Shown here one piece after another: positions 10,106 to 22,250 of a stretch of 64,000 bases of DNA. Position 1 is the stretch's first letter, and each line of letters begins with the position of its first letter. The notes beneath the pieces are model-generated. The model searched no databases. It saw nothing but the letters and a program-made list of their open reading frames with translations, and had not been told where the DNA came from. Source of the stretch: an uncultured Actinomycetota bacterium (GTDB lineage: Bacteria > Actinomycetota > Actinomycetes > Actinomycetales > Dermatophilaceae); contig CAVWRI010000020.1 of NCBI GenBank assembly GCA_963757405.1, forward strand, positions 7,379-71,378. Direction: 5' to 3'. A program made the position numbers and the translations under genes.

Positions 10106-10132
10106 AGACGCGGTGACCCGCCCGGATGGTTG
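10106..10132 (-). promoter_or_regulatory. Putative ECF (SigE-type) promoter upstream of the sigma gene
   Basis: Minus strand CAACC-N17-CGTCT. Confidence 0.5.
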
Positions 10133-10199
10133 TCACCGGCGTGGCGGGACCTCCGTCGGGAGGGTCGAGCGCCAGGGATCAGGCGACCGAGCACCCGGG

Positions 10200-10619
10200 T
10201 CAGGCGGCCGGGGTCAGCCGTGCCACCGGGATGGTGCGACCCGCCTTGTCGGCGTACTTCGCCACCCCCGGGATGGTCGCGACCACCACGTCGCGCCACA
10301 CGGCGTCGCGCTCCGCGCCGGTGACCTCCACGGCCTCGACCTCGAGCACCCGGGCACCGTCCTGCAGCGTCGCCCGGCCCGCACGGCGCAGGTTGCGGAA
10401 CCAGTCAGGGTCCGACGGGCGCCCGGACGCGGTGCCCCACACGAGGTAGGTCCCGTCGGAGCGGATGGCCCGCACGCACGCCGACCGCGGCTGGCCGGTG
10501 CGCCGTCCGGGGACCGTGAGCAGCACGACCGGCGTGTCCGCCGACCCACCCATCGCCCGGCCGTCGAACCGGCGGTACATCCACGCGCCGATCCTTGTCG
10601 AGAACGACGCCGCACCCAT
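10200..10619 (-). CDS. Deazaflavin (F420)-dependent nitroreductase family protein
   Basis: LLTVPGRRTGQPR, DPDWFRNL, KYADKAGRTIPVARL. Confidence 0.88.
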   Translation of the reverse strand: MGAASFSTRIGAWMYRRFDGRAMGGSADTPVVLLTVPGRRTGQPRSACVRAIRSDGTYLVWGTASGRPSDPDWFRNLRRAGRATLQDGARVLEVEAVEVTGAERDAVWRDVVVATIPGVAKYADKAGRTIPVARLTPAA

Positions 10620-10658
10620 GGCGCCATCGTCGCACCGCAGGGCCCGGACGGCCACAGG

Positions 10659-10946
10659 TCAGGCCGCGGAAACGCCCCGAGAGCGGCGCTGCGCGGCCCC
10701 GGCACCCCAGTGCCCGATGTCGAGGAGCGCCGCGATTCCCACCCAGAACCAGTCCCACCCGCTGAGCCCACCGGCCTGCCAGAGGATGACGTACATGAGT
10801 GTGGCGAAGGGCAGGAAGATGAGCCCGAGGAGCGGCCAGATCCACGAGTCGAAGGCGGCGTCGACCATCTTCGGCCGAGCGACCCACACGATGAACAGGG
10901 CGAGGCGGGGGAAAACCCCTGCCAACAGCACGAACAGGCATCCCAT
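10659..10946 (-). CDS. Small membrane protein (about 3 TM), unknown function
   Basis: MGCLFVLLAGVFPRLALF..WIWPLLGLIFLPFATLMY..WDWFWV; SD GAGGAG. Confidence 0.75.
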   Translation of the reverse strand: MGCLFVLLAGVFPRLALFIVWVARPKMVDAAFDSWIWPLLGLIFLPFATLMYVILWQAGGLSGWDWFWVGIAALLDIGHWGAGAAQRRSRGVSAA

Positions 10947-11004
10947 GTCCACTCCTCGTCGTCAGCTCCTCAGCGGAGCCTGTCGAGCCGCCCGGGAACC
11001 GTCG

Positions 11005-11021
11005 TCACCCGTCGCGGGTGG
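11005..11021. promoter_or_regulatory. TCACCC-N5-GGGTGA-type palindrome, copy 1
   Basis: TCACCC-GTCGC-GGGTGG; 22 bp upstream of CAGGCT (10977-10982, minus). Confidence 0.65.
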
Positions 11022-11029
11022 TTGGTCCG

Positions 11030-12408
11030 TCAGTGGCCGGGGCCGACGACGATCTGCCGGCGCTCCGACTCGTGCGCGCCGCCCTTGCGGGCGAGGGTCG
11101 CGCAGGCGTCCTCGATGTCCCGGGCGAGGGTGTCCACGTGCTCGCGGCTCATCGTCTCCTTGACGAGCGCCCGCATGATCGTCACGTCCTGGGCGTCGGG
11201 CGGCAGCGTGTAGGCCGGGACCATCCAGCCTCGTTCAGCCGACAGCTGCCAGGCGATGTCGAACTCGTCGTAGGGCTGCTCCTCGGCCAGCCGGAAGGCC
11301 ACGAGCGGCAGCTGTTCCTCCTCGCGGCCGATGATCTCGAACAGGCCCATGCCCTCGAGGCGGTCACCGAGCACCCGCGCGTTCGCCTGCATGTTGCGCA
11401 TGATGTACGTGTAGCCCGCGCGCCCGTACCGGACGAGGTTGTAGTACTGCGCCAGCACCATCGCCGAGCCCGTCGAGAAGTTCAGGGTGAACGTCGCGTC
11501 GGTCTTGCCGAGGTAGTTCTCCTCGAACACGAGGTCGCTGGCGAGGTCGGACTTCTCGCGGAAGATCAGCCAGCCGATGCCGGGGTAGACGAGCCCGAAC
11601 TTGTGCCCGGAGACGTTGATGGAGCGCACCTGCTCGAGGCGGAAGTCCCACGGGGAGTCGGGGTAGAGGAACGGCCAGACGAAGCCCCCGCTGGCGCCGT
11701 CGACGTGCAGCGGCACGTCGAGGCCGCGCTCCTCCTTGATCCGCACGAGGAGGTCGTTGATGCCGACGACGTCGTCCTTGTGCCCGGTGAACGTGGTGCC
11801 GAGGACGGCCGCGACACCGATCGTGTTCTCGTCGACGTGCGGCTCGACGTCGTCGGGCCCGATCGTGTACTTGCCGGGCTTGAGCGGCACGATCCGCGGC
11901 TCGACGTCGAAGTAGCGGCAGAACTTCTCCCACACCACGTGCACGTCCCCGCCGAAGACGAGGTTGGGGCTCGCCGTCGACGCACCGGCGGCCTGGCGTC
12001 GCGTCCGCCAGTTCCACTTCAGGGACAGCGCGCCGAGCATGATCGCCTCGGAGGAGCCCTGGGTCCGGGCGCCGGTCGTCTCGCCGGGCGCGTGGAAGAG
12101 GTCGGCCAGCATCCGGATGCAGCGCTGCTCGATCTCGGCGGTCCGCGGGTACTCGGCGTGGTCGATGAAGTTGCGGTGCAGGTTGTCCGCGATGATCCGC
12201 TGCGCCTCCGGCTCCATCCACGTCGTGACGAAGGTCGCGAGGTTGCGCGCGGGGTCGCCCTCGAGGGCGAGGTCCTCCCCGACGAGGCGCATCGCGTCGA
12301 CCGAGGTCATCCCCGCCGCGGGGAACTCGCGGCTGGGCACCTCCCGGGTCGCGAAGCGGTTGCCGAACAGGGCGGCGTCGGCGTCCGAGCTGGAGGTGGC
12401 GTGGTCAT
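11030..12408 (-). CDS. gadB: Glutamate decarboxylase (frameshift in first codons)
   Basis: NLATFVTTWME, NFIDHAEYP, GSSEA, VVWEKF, HVDGASGGF, SINVSGHK, TLNFS, GWMVPAY. Confidence 0.95.
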
Positions 12409-13119
12409 GCGATTCTCCTTGGGGTGGTGTCGCGGGACGGGGTGAGCGCCTGTCGCCAGGCGGGGAACATCAGGGCGGCACCGACGAGGAAGCACGCGGC
12501 ACCGAGCAGCGTCCCGGCCACGGACAGCCGGGTGCTCACGAGCTCGTCGGTGCTCGGCAGGACGTAGCTGGCCAGGGCAGAGGCCATGAACAGGACCGAG
12601 CCGAGCATGTTGACCCAGGCCGATCCACCACGCCACCGACCGCGACTCGACGGCGAGGAAGCGGCCGGAGACGGCGAGGATGCCGAACGCGCTCGCCACG
12701 AGGAACAGGATCGACCCGTAGAGGTCGGGACGCCAGACGTAGCGGTCGGACTCCGCCGCGGTCGCGTTGTGGGTCAGCGCCGCCAGGGTGCTGATGTTGA
12801 AGAACAGCGTTCCGGGGAACTGGGTCGCGGCGGCGAGCCAGCCGCGGTCGTGCGGCATGCCAGCCCACGAGCCGCACGGGCGCCGGCCGGTGCTGGCCGT
12901 CCTCGTCGACGCCCGTCGTCGCGGGGCTCTGGGCCTGAACGAGCTGGCAGAACGAGGCGCGACGTGAAGAAGATCGACCCCACGAAGTACGTCACCCCGT
13001 CGACGGGGCCGCCGACCGCCTCGAGGTAGGCGGGGACGGACCCGAGGACGAAGCAGGCCGACCCGACGATGAAGAGCCACGCGATCAGCGGCGTTCAGTC
13101 GCACGGGCCGCACGGACAT
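12405..13119 (-). CDS. YrhK-like multi-TM protein (several frameshifts)
   Basis: AWLFIVGSACFVLGSVP, TYFVGSIFFTS, QFPGTLFFNIST, WRPDLYGSILFL, NMLGSVLF, GTLLGAACF; coupled to gadB. Confidence 0.75.
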
Positions 13120-13142
13120 CCTCGCTCTCCCCTCGACGGGCC

Positions 13143-14575
13143 TCAGCCACCACTATCTGGGCGGGGCGGAGGGCTGCGGCTCACCCACCCGGGGTGACCG
13201 GAGCGGGCGGGCCGTCGGTGCGGCCGCTCGGCGACCCCGACCGGTCGGAGCACGGTGATGACGACGAAGGCCACCGCCACCGCGACGATCACCTGCGGCG
13301 TCACCGACAGGCCGTCGCCGCCGAGCAGGAGGGTTGCCAGGAGCGTCGAGGTCAGGGGCAGGCGCAGCATGGCGCAGGACAGCGCGCCGATCCCCATCCC
13401 GATCGCCGGTGCGAGGTCCAGCCCGGGCAGCCCGCTGACGGCCATGCCCAGCACGGCGCCGATGAACATCGCCGGGAACACGGGACCGCCGCGGAAGGCG
13501 CTGAGGGACAGCCCGTACGCGGCCGCCTTGCACACACCGAGCACGACGAGCACCCCGACGGAGTAGTCCGCGGCATCGGCGACGAGCGTCGGGGAGGGCG
13601 TCCTGCCCCGAGAACAGCACGTGCGTGAAGCTGTTCCCCGTGACGACCTGGTAGACGGTGGCGCTGAGCCCGACGAGCAGGCCGAGGCCGGCGGTCACGA
13701 GGACCCGGCTCGCGTGGACGAGCGGACGCAGCGAGAGCCCCACCCAGCGGATCGCCCACCCGATGAGGGCCCCGGCGAGGCCCATCGGCACCGCCCACAG
13801 GAGGGAGGCGACCGTCGGTGTCACCTCGGGCGGCACCGTCGTCAGGGCGAGGGAGAAGGTGCCCAGCCCGGTCCAGCTGTCGAGGCCGATGAAGACCAGG
13901 GCGCCGACGCCGGACGCCAGGAGTCCGGGCAGGGCCACGAGGCTGAGCGTGGCGCCGGCGATGCCTGCCGCCTCCATGATGAGGAACGCGCCGAGCAGGG
14001 GCGAGCCCAGCAGGGTGCTGATGGCCGCGAAGCTGCCCGCCGAGGCCATGATCGTCACGGCCATCGGCGGCGCGTCCTTCTTCGCCAGGCGCACGGTCAG
14101 GGCCGCGAGGCCCCCGCCGATGGCGATGAGCGGCGCCTCCGGGCCGAGCACCGCGCCGAGGCCCAGGGTGGCGAGCGCGGCGAGGACGACACCGGGCAGG
14201 TCGCGGTCGCGCGGCGGCCCGCCGCCCATGGCGAACCCGAGGGCGGGCGAGTGGCCGGCGTTGCCCGGCAGGTGCCGGATGGTCAGCGCGGTCAGCAGCC
14301 CGGCCAGGGTCACCCAGGGCACCGGCCACCAGGCCGGCGCGGCACCGCCGAACAGGTCGGCCGGCAGGTCGGTGAACAGCCACGCCTGGAGCTTGGTGAC
14401 GAGGACGAGGAAACCGTAGGCGACTGCCGAGATCGGGGCGCCGAGGAGGGCGGCGAGCACGAGCGCCGACAGGTACGCCTTGGAGCGGATGACGGCGACC
14501 GGGTCCATCGGGGGCGGTCCGCCCGCGGCTCGCGGCGGCGCCCGGCGTGGCGGGCGCCGGCGGGTCGGTCACCAC
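13143..14575 (-). CDS. ClC/EriC-type chloride channel protein (frameshifts; both ends approximate)
   Basis: GAVLGPEAP, FSGQ, FRGGPVFPAMFIG motifs; SD GGAGGAGG before GTG at 14575. Confidence 0.88.
13181..13197. promoter_or_regulatory. TCACCC-N5-GGGTGA palindrome, copy 2
   Basis: TCACCC-ACCCG-GGGTGA; 23 bp upstream of GATAGT (13152-13157, minus), before yrhK-gadB. Confidence 0.7.
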
Positions 14576-14644
14576 ATCTGCCTCCTCCCGGGAGCAGCGC
14601 GACGCTGCCGGCCACCACGCTAGCGAAGGGCCGCCGCGGCATCC

Positions 14645-14661
14645 TCGCCCATCCGGGGCGA
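14645..14661. promoter_or_regulatory. TCACCC-N5-GGGTGA-type palindrome, copy 3
   Basis: TCGCCC-ATCCG-GGGCGA; 22 bp upstream of TAGCGT (14617-14622, minus), before clc. Confidence 0.7.
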
Positions 14662-14684
14662 CCGCGCCCCGGCGCGCGTCGGGC

Positions 14685-17600
14685 TCAGACGTTGCGGCGG
14701 TACTGCCCGCCCACCTCGAAGAACGCCTCGGTGACCTGCTGGAGCGAGCACACGCGAGCGGCATCCATGAGCACGGCGAAGACGTTCTCGCCGGACGTCG
14801 CCGACGCCTTGAGCCGCGCGAGCGCCTCCTCGGCCTCGACGCGGTGCTCCTCGCGGAAGGCCGTCACGCGCGCGAGCTGGCTCTCCTTCTCGGTCTCCGA
14901 GGCGCGCGCGAGCACGACCTCCCGCGGGCGTCCCCGGCATCCGGGTTGCGGAAGGTGTTGACGCCGACGATCGGCAGCGAGCCGTCGTGCTTGCGGTGCT
15001 CGTAGAGCATCGACTCGTCCTGGATCCGGCCCGCGCTGGTAGCCGGTCTCCATCGCGCCCAGCACGCCGCCGCGCTCGGAGATCCGGTCGAACTCGGCGA
15101 GCACGGCGGCCTCGACGAGGTCGGTGAGCTCGTCGACGACGAACGCGCCCTGGAGCGGGTTCTCGCTGATCGCCAGGCCCCACTCCTTGTTGATGATCAT
15201 CTGGATCGCGAGCGCCCGGCGCACCGACTCCTCCGACGGGGTCGTCACGGCCTCGTCGTAGGCGTTGGTGTGCAGGCTGTTGGCGTTGTCGTAGATCGCG
15301 ACGAGCGCCTGGAGCGTCGTGCGGATGTCGTTGAAGTCCATCTCCTGCGCGTGCAGGCTGCGACCGCTCGTCTGCACGTGGTACTTCAGCTTCTGGCTGC
15401 GCTCGTTGGCGCCGTACTTCTCCTTCATCGCGACCGCCCAGATGCGACGGGCGACCCGGCCGATGACGGTGTACTCGGGGTCCATCCCGTTGGAGAAGAA
15501 GAACGACAGGTTCGGCGCGAAGTCGTCGATGGCCATGCCGCGCGCGAGGTAGGCCTCGACGTAGGTGAACCCGTTCGCGAGGGTGAACGCGAGCTGGCTG
15601 ATGGGGTTCGCCCCGGCCTCGGCGATGTGGTAGCCGCTGATCGACACCGAGTAGAAGTTGCGCACCCCCTGCTCGATGAACCACTCCTGGATGTCGGCCA
15701 TCATCCGCAGGCTGAACTCGGTGGAGAACAGGCAGGTGTTCTGGCCCTGGTCCTCCTTGAGGATGTCGGCCTGGACGGTGCCGCGCACGACCTGCAGGGC
15801 CGTCGCGCGGATGCCGTCCGCCTCCTCCGCGCTCGGCTCGCGTCCCTGCTCGGCCACCCACGACTCGACCGCGCGGTCCATGACCGTGTTGAGGAAGAAC
15901 GCGAGGATCGTCGGCGCGGGGCCGTTGATCGTCATCGACACGCTCGTCGTCGGCGAGGTGAGGTCGAAGCCGGCGTAGAGCTCACGCATGTCGTCGAGCG
16001 TGGCGACCGAGACCCCGGACGTGCCGACCTTGCCGTAGATGTCGGGGCGCTTGTCGGGGTCGCGGCCGTAGAGCGTCACCGAGTCGAAGGCGGTCGACAG
16101 GCGGGTCGCGGGCTGGCCCTCGGAGAGCAGCTTGAAGCGGCGGTTGGTGCGGAACGGGTCCCCCTCGCCGGCGAACATCCGGGCAGGGTCCTCGTTGTCC
16201 CGCTTGAACGGGAACACGCCGGCGGTGAACGGGAAGTAGCCGGGGAGGTTCTCGCGCCGCAGGAACGACACGAGGTCGCCGTCGTCGGAGTAGCGCGGGA
16301 GCGAGACCCGACGGATCCGGTTGCCGGACAGCGACTCCCGCACCAGCGAGGTGTGGATCTCCTTGTCGCGCACCGTGACGACCTGCTCGTCGCCCGAGTA
16401 GGCCTCGACGACCGAGGACCACCCGGCGAGCTGGCGGGCGACCGAGAGCGGCAGGTCGTCCTGCGCGTCGGAGAGGAGCGCGTCGACCCCGGCTCGGTCG
16501 GACCCGGCCCGCTCGAGCTCGCGCGCCGACCTGGGTGAGCCGCTGCACGCGACGGGCGGCGTCGGCGTACCGCCGCGTGTCCTCGTGGTAGCCGCGCACG
16601 GTCTCGGCGATCTCGGCGAGGTAGCGCACGCGCTGCGGCGGCACGACCTGGCGCAGCACCGACGAGTGCCGCACCGACACGGCCGCGAGCGCACCCTCCC
16701 CCACCTCGAGGCCCGGCCTCGGCGAGCAGGCCGCGCAGCTCCTGGTAGAGCGCCGTGACGCCGTCGTCGTTGAAGGTCGCCGCCGAGGTGCCGAACACCG
16801 GCATGTCCTCGGGCTTCTTGCCGAACGCGCCGCGGTTGCGCACCATCTGGCGGCCGACGTCGCGCAGCGCGTCCATCGCGCCGCGCCGCTCGAACTTGTT
16901 GATCGCGACGACGTCGGCGAAGTCGAGCATGTCGATCTTCTCGAGCTGGCTGGCCGCGCCGAACTCCGGCGTCATGACGTAGAGGTTGACGTCGGCGAAC
17001 GACGTGATCGCGGCATCCCCCTGGCCGATGCCCGGCGTCTCGACGACGACGAGGTCGAAGCCCGCCGCCTTGAGGATCGTCAGCACGTCCCCGAGCGCCT
17101 CGGGCACCTCGCGGCCGCCGCGGGTGGCGAGCGAGCGGAAGTAGATGCGGTCGCCGTCGAGGGAGTTCATCCGGATGCGGTCGCCGAGCAGGGCGCCGCC
17201 ACCGCGGCGGCGGGTCGGGTCGATGGCGACGCAGGCGATGCGCAGCTTGTCCTGCTGGTCGACGCGCAGGCGGCGGACGAGCTCGTCGGTGAGGCTCGAC
17301 TTGCCCGACCCGCCCGTGCCGGTGATGCCGAGCACCGGGACCCGGTGGGCGGATGCCGCACGCTCGAGCTCGGCGCGCAGCTCGTCGGTGAGGTGGCCGG
17401 TCTCGGCGGCGGTGAGGGCGCGGGCGACGGCGGACGCGGTCGCCGGAGAGCACGGCGGCGGCCGTGGTGGGGTGCACCTCCCACAGGTCGGTGTCGCAGG
17501 CGCGGATGACCTGGTTGACCATGCCCGGGCAGGCCGAGCCGCTGGCCGTCCTCGGGGCTGAAGATCGTGACCCCGGCGGCGCGCAGGCGCTCGATCTCGC

Positions 17601-17943
17601 TCGGGGACGATGACCCCGCCGCCACCGCCGACGACCTTGACGTGGCCGGCGCCCGCCTCGCGCAGCAGCTCGACGAGGTACTCGAAGTACTCGACGTGGC
17701 CGCCCTGGTAGGAGGAGACGGCGACGCCCTGGACGTCCTCCTCGATCGCGGCGTCGACGACCTCGCGGACGCTGCGGTTGTGGCCGAGGTGGATCGACCT
17801 CGGCGCCCTGGCTCTGCATGATCCGCCGCATGATGTTGATCGACGCGTCGTGGCCGTCGAACAGGCTGGAGGCGCGTGACGATGCGGACCGGGTGCACCG
17901 GCACGTGGAGCTCGGGCTTCGGGGTGGTGGGCTGCGCTGCCAT
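14685..17943 (-). CDS. icmF: Fused isobutyryl-CoA mutase/G-protein chaperone (several frameshifts)
   Basis: B12 motif [16 protein letters not shown]; P-loop GTGGSGKSS; VETPGIGQ; mutase barrel [41 protein letters not shown]. Confidence 0.93.
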
Positions 17944-17971
17944 GAGGGGTCCCTTCGAGGTCGCTACCCCG

Positions 17972-17995
17972 AGATAGTAGGACGTCCAACTATCT
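17972..17995. promoter_or_regulatory. 24-bp palindromic operator upstream of icmF
   Basis: AGATAGTAGGACGTCCAACTATCT, one mismatched pair. Confidence 0.7.
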
Positions 17996-19067
17996 ACCGG
18001 CGAGTCACCAGCGGCCCTCCGCAGCCCCCGAGCGGGTTCAGCGGGCGACCGCTGAGGCGTACGGGTCGGGCGCGGCGGCGTCGACGACCCACTCGACCGC
18101 CGACCGCACGGAAGTCCTCGTCGACGACCCGCAGCGGCACGTCGCGCTGCAGGCGCGCCCACGACTCCGCGCGGTGCAGGCACGAGAGCCGGTCGGCGGC
18201 GGGGAGCAGGGCGGCGAGGGACTCACGGTCCCAGCGGTCGGTCCACGGCTCGAGGCCGGCGTCGCGGGCGCGCCGCAGGTCGGGGTCGTCCTCGGCGAGA
18301 GCGAAGCGGTGGCGCATGATCCACAGCGGGATCCGCAGCGTCGTGAGCGGGTGGGCCCACACCGAGTCCCCGAGGTCGATGTAGGTCATCCGACCGCCGG
18401 GCCGCCGGAAGGCGTTGGCGAGGTGGAGGTCGTTGTGCTGCAGCGTCGACGGCAGTCCGCTCGCGGCGAGGACGGCTGCCGCGTCGTGGATGCGGCCGAG
18501 CCCGTCGTCGACGAGCGCCGCCTCGGCGTCGGTCGGGCGGCGCGGGTCGTCCGCCGGGAGGGCCCGGAGCGTCGTCGAGCAGGTCGGTCACCCAGGCGAC
18601 GACCTCGTCAGGAGCCTCCGGGAAGAGCGGGACGCCCGCGCCGAGCACCGCGTCGGCGTGGTCCGCGAGCACGTGCTGCGCCGCGGAGTACCCGGCCGAC
18701 GACCGCGACCCAGTCGTCGGGCGGCGGCGGGGTCCCGTCGTGCCACAGCGGCAGCCCGAGGTCGGCGGTCGCGAACCACCCGCGCTCGGTGTCGACGGCG
18801 ACCAGCGGGGCACACAGGCCCGGCACGATGCCCTCGACGACCTGGACGAGCCCGGCCTCGAAGGCCTGCGACGGGGCGTTCTCCTTGACCCAGACGCGAC
18901 CGGCATCCGTCTCGACGTGCAGCACCGTCGACCAGAACCGCACGCGGTCCTGCACGACCGGGCCGGTGACCCGTGACCCCCGCCTCCTCGAGGGCGGGCA
19001 GGAGCCAGCCCTCGATCTCGGCCCGCCACTCCGGGCTGCGCCAGAGGGCGGGGAGGTCACGCTCCAC
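17994..19067 (-). CDS. Aminoglycoside phosphotransferase/kinase-like protein (frameshifted; 3' end uncertain)
   Basis: VWVKEN, LQHNDLHLANA, YIDLGDS..HPL. Confidence 0.75.
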
Positions 19068-19500
19068 GGTGCTCGGCCACCCACGTGACGGCCTCCGCGT
19101 AGCCGGGCACGCCGCGCCCGATGACGTGGTGGTCGCAGACGTCGGTGAGGTAGCTGTGGTGGCGGAAGGCCTCCCGCGCGTGGATGTCGCTGATGTGCAC
19201 CTCGACCCTCGGGACGCGACAGGCCGAGAGCGCGTCGCGCAGGGCGACGGACGTGTGCGTGTAGCCCGCGGCGTTGACGACGATCCCGGCGATGCCGGCG
19301 CGTCCCTCCTGCACCCAGTCGACGAGGGTGCCCTCGTGGTTGGTCTGGCGGAAGTCGAGGACGAGCCCGTGCGCGTCGGCCGTCTCGCGGCACAGGGCCT
19401 CGACGTCGGCGAGCGTCGCCGAGCCGTAGACCTCGGGCTCGCGCTCACCGAGGAGGTTGAGGTTGGGCCCGTTGAGCACGAGCACGGTGCGGTCGTCCAT
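19057..19500 (-). CDS. aroQ: Type II 3-dehydroquinate dehydratase
   Basis: VLNGPNLNLLGEREPEVYG, QTNHEG, NAAGYTHTSVALRDA, EVHISDIHAREAFRHHS. Confidence 0.96.
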   Translation of the reverse strand: MDDRTVLVLNGPNLNLLGEREPEVYGSATLADVEALCRETADAHGLVLDFRQTNHEGTLVDWVQEGRAGIAGIVVNAAGYTHTSVALRDALSACRVPRVEVHISDIHAREAFRHHSYLTDVCDHHVIGRGVPGYAEAVTWVAEHRGA

Positions 19501-19589
19501 GACCGGGAGTATGCCGTGGCGGCGCGTCGTCGGCCCTCGGGTTTCCGGACCGGTGGGGGTCTGCGAGCGCTCGACCGCAGCCCGGGCGG

Positions 19590-21213
19590 TCAGCGCGTGT
19601 AGTCGTCGGTCAGGTAGGTGCTGCAGGACGTGGAGGAGGCGCTCCCGGTGGAGGCGTCGCCGGGAGCCGAGGCGAGCTGCGCCTCGGCCGCGTCGGCCCG
19701 GCTCCGACCGAGGTTCCACGCGAGGAGGTCGTCGTCCTCGAACGGCGTCCCCGCCCAGCTCTCCGTGATGCAGGCCGCCATGTCCGCCGGGAGCCGCTCG
19801 ACGATGACCGGCGTGGCGTCGGCACTGAGCGAGGTCAGGTAGGACGTGTCGAGCGAGGCGCCGGCGTCGAACCGGTCGATGTTGCGCGCGGCCACCCACG
19901 CGTCGGGGTTCATCGCGGCGAAGCCGAGCGCGAAGACGGCCGCGGACACGAGCACGGCGCGCGGCACCCACGCAGCCGGAGAGCCGGATGCCGGCGACGA
20001 GGAGCATCACGACGACGAGGCCCAGCCACAGCTCGAACCCGTCGACGAAGACCCGGAGCACCGTGTAGCCGAACGCGTCCTGGTAGAGCGACATCCGGTA
20101 CAACGCGCTGGCGACGACGGCGAGGGTCAGCAGGCACAGCGCGCCGAGGAGCACGCGGAGGAGCAGCCGGTCGCGCGGGGTCTCCCGCGGCGCGGTGCGC
20201 ATCGCGAGGCCCACGACGACGACGGTGAGGAAGGTCGCGACGGTGAGCTGGCCGAAGCCCTGGTGGACGTACTCGGCGTAGGTGAGGCCGGTCGTCTGCT
20301 CGAGGTACTCGTGACCGCCCCACATCGCCGTGGCCTGCGCCACGAGGAAGGCGGCGAACAGCGCGACGACGAGCCCGACGGGAACCGCCCACTCCCAGGC
20401 GTGGGTGGCGCGCGGCGTGCGCGGGAGGGACGACGTCGTGGACGCGCGGCGGGTTGAGGGCGAGGTAGGTGCCGGTGAGGGCGATGCCGGCCACGAGGAC
20501 GAGGACGAAGGTGCGCGCGATGAGCGTGTCCCAGGCCAGGTCGGGCACGAGGGCCTCGGCCCACGCGCCGAACACCGCGTCGCCCGAGGCGAACAGGCCC
20601 CCGAACAGGGCGAGGGCGACGAGCGGACAGCCCGACGGTGCGCAGCACCGGCCACACGACGGAGACCCGGCTCGTCGCCGTGATCGAGCGACCGAGCAGC
20701 GGCAGCCCGCGCAGGGCGGACAGCGGCCACGCCACGACGCTCAGCGGCACCGCGAGCAGGGTGCGGGCCAGGGTCGTCCCGGCGGCCGCGACGACGACGC
20801 CGACGAACACGGCGAGGGCGACGACGCCGCCGGCGTCGCGGAGCATGGTCACCGTCACGAGCAGGGCGGCGAGCACGGCGCACAGCACGGTCCACGCGCG
20901 GCGGCGGTAGCGCGCGACCCACCACATGAGCAGTCCCGTCGCGAGCATGGTCAGCGCGACCGCGAGGCCGACGTTGCGCTCGGGCCAGGTGAGCGCCGCC
21001 CACGCCCCGATGCCGAGCGCGGCGAGCACGGGAAGGGGCTGGGGCGGCACGTTGCGCTCCGGCCACACGCCGGCGAGCGGGCCCTCCCCGCCGGGCGTCC
21101 TGACGACCGGTGCCGCCGGGGCGGAGGACCGGGGAGTCCGTGGCGGGGGCGGATGCCGTGGCGGTCGTGCCGGATGGCGTGGCGGGAACGGGGGTGGTCG
21201 GGGTCGGGGCCAT
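19590..21213 (-). CDS. DUF4173/DUF4153 membrane protein or domain (frameshifts)
   Basis: GLTYAEYVHQGFGQL, SALYRMSLYQDAFGYTVLR, NPDAWVAARN, YLTSLSADATP. Confidence 0.82.
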
Positions 21214-22250
21214 GGAGCGCTCCTCCGTGAGGTGGGTCGGTCGGTCGGTCGGGGGGCGCAGCGGCAGCACGGCCCGCAGGACGGCGCCGCTCGTGCCGTC
21301 GGGGGTCGGGAGGGCGGTGATCCGGCCGCCGTGCAGCTCGCAGACCCAGCGCGCGATGGCCAGGCCGAGGCCGGTGCCCCCGCCGGAGTCGTCCCCCGCG
21401 CCGAACCGGTCGAAGACGCGCTCGACCCGGTCGGCCGGGATGCCGGGGCCCTCGTCGCGGACCTCGAGCCACCAGGTCGACGCGTCGGCGGCGCGACCGG
21501 TGACGAGCACCTCGCCCCCGGGCGGGCTGTGCCGCACCGCGTTGTCGACGAGGTTCGCGACGAGCTGGGCGAGTCGCGCCGGGTCGGCCTGCACGGTGAG
21601 GTCGGTCGGGTGCGCCTCGTGCCGCACCCGCACGGGCCGGCCGTCGACGGAGGCCTCCGCCACGGCACCGGCGAGCAGGTCGGCGACCCGCACGTCGGAG
21701 ACCGACAGGGGTGCGACGCCGGCGTCGATCCTGGACAGGTCGAGCAGGTCGGTCACGAGGGCGCTGAGCCGCTCGGACTGGTGCAGCGCGCCGCGCAGGG
21801 CGGCGTCGTCGGGCCGGACCACGCCGTCGACGAGGTTCTCCAGGAGGGCGCGCTGGGCGGCGAGCGGGGTGCGCAGCTCGTGCGACACGGTGGCGACGAG
21901 CTGGCGACGCTGGGTGTCGGCCGAGGCGAGGTCGGCCGCCATGGCGTTGAACGCACGCGCGAGGTCGCCGACCTCGTCGGTGGAGGTCGCCGTCACCCGC
22001 TGGCCGTAGTCGCCGCCGGCCATCCGGCGCGCGGCCGCGGTCATCTCCCGGAGCGGGGACGTCATGCCCCGGGCGAGCCACTGGGTCACCGCGAGGGCGG
22101 CGACCACGGTGACCGGCACGCTGATCCAGCGCGGGACGCTACCGGCATCCGCGACCTCCGCGACGAGGACGGTCGCGACGACGCTCGCGCCGACGAGCAG
22201 GCCGAGCTTGACCCGGATCGACGCGATCCCGTCGAGCGGCCGCTCGGTGT

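Noticed and set aside
3234-17943. Programmed frameshifting or mass pseudogenisation in murB, clc and icmF
   Set aside because: No consistent slippery sites seen, essential genes are affected and motifs are intact; sequencing error is more parsimonious.
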